A DNA stretch of 63,838 bases, counting the filler, from Chrysochromulina tobinii (taxonomy: Eukaryota): NCBI GenBank assembly GCA_001275005.1. It is 7 parts of 7 records of this genome, joined end to end, with 100 filler letters (N's around TTAATTAATTAA, not from the genome) between each part and the next. Parts side by side here need not be neighbours in the genome. Positions count along the whole stretch, not along the records: positions 57,030 to 61,831 come from JWZX01001121.1; positions 61,932 to 63,838 come from JWZX01001135.1; 5 more parts are not named here. The stretch is one strand, 5' to 3'. The position numbers and the translations under genes are program-made. Numbering within the stretch: the stretch's first letter is position 1; each line of letters opens with the position of its first letter. Positions 57,030 through 63,838 of this stretch are shown here, one piece after another. Below the pieces are notes generated by a model. It saw only the letters and a list, made by a program, of their open reading frames with translations. It had not been told where the DNA came from and ran no database searches.

Positions 57030-58612
57030 CCGATTATCGCCGCTGTGCTGGAGGCTCGCCGGCTGCCATGCTGGCCGCCTCGGCTCGGCCACGGCTGTCT
57101 TGCGCTTGCGTGATGCAAGCGCGGGGACCGTGCGACGCGTCAAGACGACGCGCGAAGATCGCGCTGCGTGCCTCTGAACGGCCAGCTGACCAACCGCCGA
57201 GCATGGTCGCAGCCGCCAAACGACCTGCCGGGGCAAGGTGGCCCGCTGAGCACCTGCCAGCCGCCATGGCAGCACCTAGGCGCTCGTAATCACGGCCGCG
57301 GCTGCCGCTTCACCACCGCCCTTCTCATCCCGGCGACCGCCTCCGGGCCGTGCTGTTGCTCTGAGCCTGCACACGGGTTTAGGAAGCACGCTGTGTCAGC
57401 GATGGGTGGATTGTGCAAGGCGAGCGAGCACGGCAGGACGGTGGCTCGCTCAACGGGGACAGGCCGCTTGATTGCTGTCCTTGGCTCCTGCCGCTCTGGT
57501 GGCCATGAAGGGCGCACACGGCCATGATGTAGCCACTAAATGCCGCTCGAATGGTCGTGAAAAAGCCGTGAAGGAGGAACTAAAAGCTTCACGCGGCTGT
57601 AGGGAAAGCCACTAAAAGCTCCACCAGCACCGTCCAAAAGTCCGTGCGGGTGCTCTCACGAACAAGGTGCCGCTGGTGTGAACGGGGCGCGCGTGCGCGA
57701 CGCCGTCTACGGAGGGTCGAGCACGAGCGCCAAGTCGTCCTTCGAACACCACACGCAGCAGCTCGCAGCGGCTGTACAGGTGGACGACGCGATGGGGACC
57801 TGGAAGAAGATCACTGACATGAAGATGCGCCTTATTCAGGCCGCGCTTAAGGCGACCGGGCGGGGCTAAGGTGGCCCGGCCCGGCGGCTCATCGAGTATG
57901 GCTGTGGTAAGGGGGTCCAGGGGTCCCCGAGCTATTGGTAACCGCATCTGTATGTACGCCGGTCCGGTGTCTTGGGTGCCGAATTAAACCATTGGCTGTG
58001 AACGCGTGCGTGTGAACGTGTCGAAGCGCCCGTCTGTCCTGTGTTTCGTGTGGTAGTGGCTGGTCGGTACCTTGTGTGTCGATTCAACTGACCCTTTCTC
58101 AAGCTTTTCTACGAACGCAGTCGCGCAGTGCCGTGCAATTACACACGCATTCACACCATGGTGGGTAGATAGTAGCAACATCATCGCCTTGATGACAGCT
58201 GCCCAAAAATGGCCCTTGCCGCGCATGTTGCCGCGCCAGACTGCGGCTCCCGAGGGTCCCGAGGGTCCCTAACCTCCGTCCACGCACCCTCTACGCACAC
58301 AGCGCTCTTGTCGGATTCTTGTCGACGACCGGATAGAACCTTGCCACGACGTTATGTCCCCATGGATTCTCACTAGCCCCCGCCGGCGCCGCCCCTTTCG
58401 CCACCCTCGTCGCAACGTCCATTATTCCCTTCGTTGCCACAAGTAGCTCCACCGCGTCGATCCCTGTCGGTGGCCGCGCGGCGCGCGCACGCCATTCCCC
58501 CTTTTCCACGAAGGCGTCGCCTCACGTGACCGCGATGGGTCGGCTCTTCATCTCACGAGACCAGCTGAAGTGCCCATTCCCATCGTAGCCATTCCGTGAA
58601 GCCTAGCCATCT

Positions 58613-61600
58613 TCATGCTTTGAAATACATTGCAACCGCAAAGGCCAGAAGGAGGGGTGCAAGGAGCCAACGCACAATCTCAGATAAAGAGCGCCAAAAT
58701 CCATTGGCCTTTTGCTTGAGCAGGACGCGAGCGCAGCGTATGTGGCCTCTGAGGGCAGCGTTGATGAGCGCCATTAAGAAATTGGACGCCCCCGCCTCGA
58801 GCAGGACGACAGCGCACTTCTCGTGGCCATTTATGGCAGCGTGCATCAAGGCGGTCAAGCCGTCGGGCCTTGCCTGATTTGGGTCTGCCTTGGCATCGAG
58901 CAGGACGAGAGCAACCTGCTCGTGGCCATTTTGGCAGGCATTCATGAGGCTCGTGAAACCGTTGGACTCTGCCTTGTTGACACCTGCACCCTTCTCAAGG
59001 AGAAAGCGGATGCAACCATCGTGACCACTGAGGCTCGCTGCCATCAAGCTGGTCCGCCCATGTTGTTCCCTTTGTCTACCTCCGCCCCCGCCTCAAGCAG
59101 GACGAGAGCGACCTGCTCGCAGCCATTTTGGGCAGCGCTCATCAAGGCGGTCCTGCCGTCGGGCTGTGCCTGATTTGGGTCCGCCTTCGCCTCGAGCAGG
59201 ACGACAGCGCACTTCTCGTGGCCATTTTGGGCAGCGAACATCAAGGCGGTCCTGCCGTTGGGCTGTGCCTGATTTGGGTCCGCCTTGGCCTCGAGCAGGT
59301 CGACAGCGCACTTCTCGTGGCCTTTGGAGGCAGCGATCATCAAGGCGGTCGCGCCGTGGGGCTTTGCCTGATTTTTGGGGTCTGCCTTCGCCTCGAGCAG
59401 GACGACAGCGCACTTCTCGTGGCCATTTTGGGCAGCGAGCATCAAGGCGGTCATGCCGTCGGGATATGCCTGATTTGGGTCCGCCTTCGCCTCGAGCAGG
59501 ACGACAGCGCACTTCTCGTGGCCATTTTGGGCAGCTTTCATCAAGGCGGTCGCGCCGTTGGGCTTTGCCTGATTTGGGTCCGCCTTTGCCTCGAGCAGGA
59601 CGACAGCGCACTTCTCGTGGCCATCTTGGGCAGCGAACATCAAGGCGGTCCAGCCGTCGGGCTGTGCCTGATTTGGGTCCGCCTTGGCCTCGAGCAGGAC
59701 GACAGCGCACTTCTCGTGGCCATTTTGGGCAGCTTTCATCAAGGCGGTCCAGCCGTCGGGCCTTGCCTGATTTGGGTCCGCCTTCGCCTCGAGCAGGACG
59801 ACAGCGCACTTCTCGTGGCCATTTTGGGCAGCGAACATCAAGGCGGTCCTGCCGTTGGGCTGTGCCTGATTTGGGTCCACCTTGGCCTCGAGCAGGTCGA
59901 CAGCGCACTTCTCGTGGCCTTTGGAGGCAGCGATCATCAAGGCGGTCGCGCCGTCGGGCTTTGCCTGATTTGGGTCCGCCTTCGCCTCGAGCAGGACGAC
60001 AGCGCACTTCTCGTGGCCATTTTGGGCAGCGAACATCAAGGCGGTCGCGCCGTCAGGCTGTGCCTGATTTTTGGGGTCTGCCTTCGCCTCGAGCAGGACG
60101 ACAGCGCACTTCTCGTGGCCATTTTGGGCAGCGAGCATCAAGGCGGTCATGCCGTCGGGATATGCCTGATTTGGGTCCGCCTTCGCCTCGAGCAGGACGA
60201 CAGCGCACTTCTCGTGGCCTTCTTGGGCAGCGCTCATCAAGGCGGTCCAGCCGTCGGGCTGTGCCTGATTTGGGTCCGCCTTGGCCTCGAGCAGGACGAC
60301 AGCGCACTTCTCGTGGCCTTCTTGGGCAGCCCACATCAAGGCGGTCCAGCCGTCGGGCCTTGCCTGATTTGGGTCCGCCTTCGCCTCGAGCAGGACGACA
60401 GCGCACTTCTCGTGGCCATGACCGGCAGCGCTCATCAAGGCGGTCCAGCCGTCGGGCTTTACCTGATTTGGGTCCGCCTTTGCCTCGAGCAGGACGAGAG
60501 CAACCTGCTCGTGGCCATCTTGGGCAGCGATCATCAAGGCGGTCCTGCCGTCGGGCTGTGCCTGATTTGGGTCCGCCTTTCCCTCGAGCAGGACGACTGC
60601 GCACTTCTCGTGGCCATAATGGGTAGCGAACATCAAGGCGGTCATGCCGTCGGGCCTTGCCTGATTTGGGTCCGCCTTCGCCTCGAGCAGGACGAGAGCA
60701 ACCTGCTCGTGGCCATTTATGGCAGCGAACATCAAGGCGGTGCCGCCGTCGGGCTTTGCCTGATTTGGGTCCGCCTTTGCCTCGAGCAGGACGAGAGCGC
60801 ACGAGTCATGGCCAGTCTCGGCGGCCACCATGAGCGCCGTCTTCCCGCGCGGGCCGACTGCGTTCACGACCTGCCCCGCGTGCTGCGCGAGGATAGCCAA
60901 GACCACCTCCTGCCTGTCCTCCCTGATCGCATAGTCCAGAGCGCTCACGCCTCGATCGTCCCGGCAGGTAACGTCCGCCCCGCGCTCGAGGAGCTCCGTG
61001 ACGACTGCCGCGTGCCCTCCGTGCACTGCGGCCATAAGCGCAGTCATGCCGCGGCCGTCGGCCTGGTCGATGAGCTCCGGCGTTTCGTCGAGGAGCGCTC
61101 GAAGCTCGTCGATCTGCCCAAACTGCGCAGACTTCACGTGCGGCAGGGCTCCGAGCATGCCTCCCACTGACGGCTGCACGTTTGGGAAGGGCCACAGCCC
61201 AATCTTGCTGTCCGCGAGGTTCCGCTCACAGAGGCGCAAGGCCTCCTCCCGCTCGGGCAGGCGGCGGCCCCCAAACGAGCGCTGCAGCACCCCATCGACC
61301 TGGCGCCATCGGAGCCGCCGAGTCCATCGGTCCACGTCGGATCTCGGCGGAAAGTACCCGCCGTGCTCCACGTGGCAGTGAGGATGCGCATCGCGGCCGC
61401 AGGCCTGAAAGCACAGCCAGCAAAACGCCACGTGGCAGCTGCTGCACGTCATCGCGATGCAACCTTCTGGATCCGGGTCGCAGAACACCCCGCAAGATGG
61501 GCAGCTGAGGTTCAGGGCCTTGTGGAGCTCTGGCTGAATCGACTCGGGAGTGTTAAACTCTCCCTCGTCTGGCGTCTCCGTCGCCTCCATCGTCTCGAGG

Positions 61601-61831
61601 TAGAGCCGCAGCCCATCTCCAAAGAGGAGGGGCTCAACCATGCTGCTGCAAAATGAGAATGGCTGCTGGTGTTCGCCGAGGCAGTCGAGGGCGCCATTCG
61701 AGCTACGCAGCTTCGCCGAGCCAGCGAGGCTGCAAATGTACCGCTGAAGGCATGCCGAGCAGATCAGGTGGCCCTCGGGGCAGGCGAGCCCGCGGCGCGT
61801 GCTGACCTCCTCGAGGCAGATGAGGCACAGT
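58613..61831 (-). CDS. RBR-like E3 ligase (RING1 + RING2/Rcat) with ~20 ankyrin repeats and C-terminal TM; 5' truncated; frameshift near 59060
   Basis: The frame of ORF 59044-61641 is open to the gap and adds CLICLEE..CPEGHLICSAC (RING1). Then CPSC..EGCIAMTC..C..FCWLC (RING2) and GxTALMxAAxxGH repeats. ORF 58613-59047 continues the ankyrins in another frame. Confidence 0.85.
59080..60850 (-). repeat. 99-bp ankyrin-coding tandem array (~18 highly similar units)
   Basis: Repeated GCCTGATTTGGGTCCGCCTTCGCCTCGAGCAGGACGACAGCGCACTTCTCGTGGCC on the + strand. Confidence 0.92.
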
Positions 61832-61931
61832 NNNNNNNNNNNNNNNNNNNNNNNNNNNNNNNNNNNNNNNNNNNNTTAATTAATTAANNNNNNNNNNNNN
61901 NNNNNNNNNNNNNNNNNNNNNNNNNNNNNNN
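61832..61931. other. Artificial contig spacer
   Basis: N run - TTAATTAATTAA - N run. Confidence 0.98.
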
Positions 61932-63442
61932 TTCCGCGCCGGGGTGCTCATGGTTTGGCCAGACTCACGTGCGTGCTGCACTTAAGAATGTGTGCTACCC
62001 TGTGCTTCTGATGGAAGGTTGGCTACCTGCTGCTCCACACAGGTCCCATCACGTGCTGGCCTCACATCAATAACAAGGTCCTTCGTGGAGAATACGTGAG
62101 GAAGGTGCGCATATCGAGAAATACCGTGCGATACACCTTGATACAACATGATACAATATGATACAACATGATATACATTGATACAATGATGATTCTGTAC
62201 CTGATGACTCTGCGACTCGACTGGTATCATATGATATCAACCTATATCATATGATATCGTCGTATATCACAGACATCAAAATTCTTCGACACGTTCCAAG
62301 GGATGCTCAAGTCCATCCACATGGCAAACTCGGTTCCCATGAGTGAGATGTTGATCGAGTTGGCAGGCGTTTCAATGGACAAGCACATCACTACTGAACC
62401 AAAGCTTCGTACCTTCTGGAACACGTACTGCTGCGACCCTTGGCAGTGCTGGTCACTTGGCCACGGCAATGGCATTCCCAGTCAGATTGCCAACAACCAG
62501 CCCATCGAATCCTGGCACAAATGGGGAGTCAAGCAATTCTTGGGCACGATAGGGCTCAAGAAGTCCACTGCGACTGTGATCCACAAGACGCTGCCACTGA
62601 TCATGAGACGTGACGGTGGGCATATATCAATATATCATATCATATCATGTTATATCATATGATATCATGTCATATCATGTCATATCATGTCATATCTTTG
62701 TATATCTGACTGTAGGTGACGAATCTCGCTCACAGAATCGCGCATGCCTGCCATACTTCGCTTGGATGAGCTACCTATTAAGTGGATTGCGAAGGCCCAA
62801 TACAGGGCTGCTCAGGTGATTGCATTCAATGCTGACAAGCGCATCTACACGGATGGAGACAGCTCATCCGCGTACGTGCTGACCAGTGAAGGGCTCCAAA
62901 CTTACAAGAAGATTACACCAGGGCTCGTCAAGAAGTGAGTATCATCCTATATCATGATATATCATGTGATATCATCAGCTTATTGACAATATCATATATG
63001 TATCATGTGATATCACAGATACATGTCGTGCATCAACGGGATAGCGCCCAAGGGCGCTGAAAAGGACTTTGAGAAGCTGGCTGGCATCTGCGAAGCTGTT
63101 GTCTGCGTCAAGAGGACCCTGCCTGGGGAGGAATCCTCAGTGATCCGCTGCAAGGCGAATCCATTCGACCTCGTATGTGAGTGCAAGGGCAGCCGCAAGA
63201 TTGGCATTTGCGCTCACATTCTTGCAGTCACGCACTGCTGGGTCAAGGAAGGGACCCTGGACGAGCAGAGGCGGCTTTCCTTTTGCAATGTACGGCTCAT
63301 GACCCAAGCCCTGACGACGAAGAAGGGGGCGAAATGGATGAAAGGCAAAAGGGCGACAAAAGTACTCCACTACCTGTACAAGGAGGTTGACAGCTCGGAC
63401 GATGAAGCAGACGTAAGCTTCCTCCCTCGCGTCACATGGTGA
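61932..63442 (+). mobile_element. Mutator/MULE-like transposase with SWIM zinc finger, spliced, 5' truncated
   Basis: Exons 61932-61968, 62043-62104, 62273-62615, 62736-62934 and 63019-63442 join in frame: VWPDSRPITCWPH (CxxH), NNQPIESWH (catalytic-Glu motif), CECKGSRKIGICAHILAV (SWIM). Confidence 0.75.
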
Positions 63443-63499
63443 GAAATGTCTCTCTGCATCAGAGAACCTCTCACGCTGAGGTCGGTGAGCCTCACACAC

Positions 63500-63838
63500 T
63501 TGATATCATATGATATCACATGATACAACATGATACAACATGATACAACATGATATGCCATGATCTACTCATATCCCATGATATAACATGATACTGATAG
63601 ATATAAGATGATATAATTGTATCATTGTAAAGGTCAACCTTGTTCGTCATCTCATATCCCAGGTCATGCCACTCCGGTATCAAGTCCATATATCATGTGT
63701 CTCACAAGATGATACCGGAGTGGCCATGATACGGGACATGATATTTGTCAGCGATGTATCATAATTTTATTTTTTGTGATATCATGTTGGTATCATGTTT
63801 TCCAAAAGGCGAGTTATATCATCATATATCATGTCATG
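63500..63838. repeat. AT-rich ATGAT/ATATC periodic low-complexity repeats downstream of the transposase
   Basis: ATGATACAAC and ATATCATG units, the same family that fills the transposase introns. Confidence 0.8.

Noticed and set aside
57678..57869. Short ORF (..VYGGSSTSAKSSFEHHTQQLAAAV..) possibly a retroelement C-terminal relic
   Set aside because: Only a vague resemblance; no RT or endonuclease motifs nearby. A tBLASTn against repeat libraries would be needed.
59093..61170. Long alternative-frame and antisense ORFs (680, 486, 304 aa) over the ankyrin array
   Set aside because: Shadows of a stop-poor 99-bp repeat; only the ankyrin frame has recognisable motifs.
13659..61931. TTAATTAATTAA palindrome within N runs (six copies) as a biological motif, and gene clustering across them
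   Set aside because: Fixed 100-nt artificial linker with stops in all frames; adjacency of the contigs is not evidence of linkage.
1..63838. tRNA, rRNA or snRNA genes
   Set aside because: None recognised by eye; tRNAscan-SE/Infernal were not run.

Overview
GC-rich eukaryotic DNA, most likely from a haptophyte alga (Chrysochromulina/Prymnesiales-like; inferred from composition and gene content). It consists of seven contigs joined by artificial 100-nt N/TTAATTAATTAA spacers, so neighbourhood across spacers is not informative. Recognisable genes: a partial protein kinase, a 31-exon ECM29 proteasome adaptor, a cyclase/KynB-family hydrolase, a BT1 folate/biopterin transporter, a >3000-aa Kelch/TPR receptor-like protein, a GH7 cellulase, a redox-inactive PDI-like protein, a PDZ/IQ membrane protein, a tandem-PH protein, a formin, a DUF3638/DUF3645 protein, a copia pol fragment, a RING1-RING2-ankyrin E3 ligase and a spliced MULE/SWIM transposase. 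The standout signal is the intron architecture of ECM29, echoed in the formin and transposase. Most introns are built from three parts: (i) direct copies of their own flanking exon sequence, which supply the GT or AG; (ii) ~10-nt periodic TGA-containing filler; (iii) a shared ~40-50-nt acceptor cassette, GCATGCAAGTGCTCACCACGGCGCC...CCCCACAG, found at about ten unrelated sites. This looks like an intron-generating system distinct from classical TIR-bearing introners. All splice models were derived by hand and need RNA-seq confirmation.
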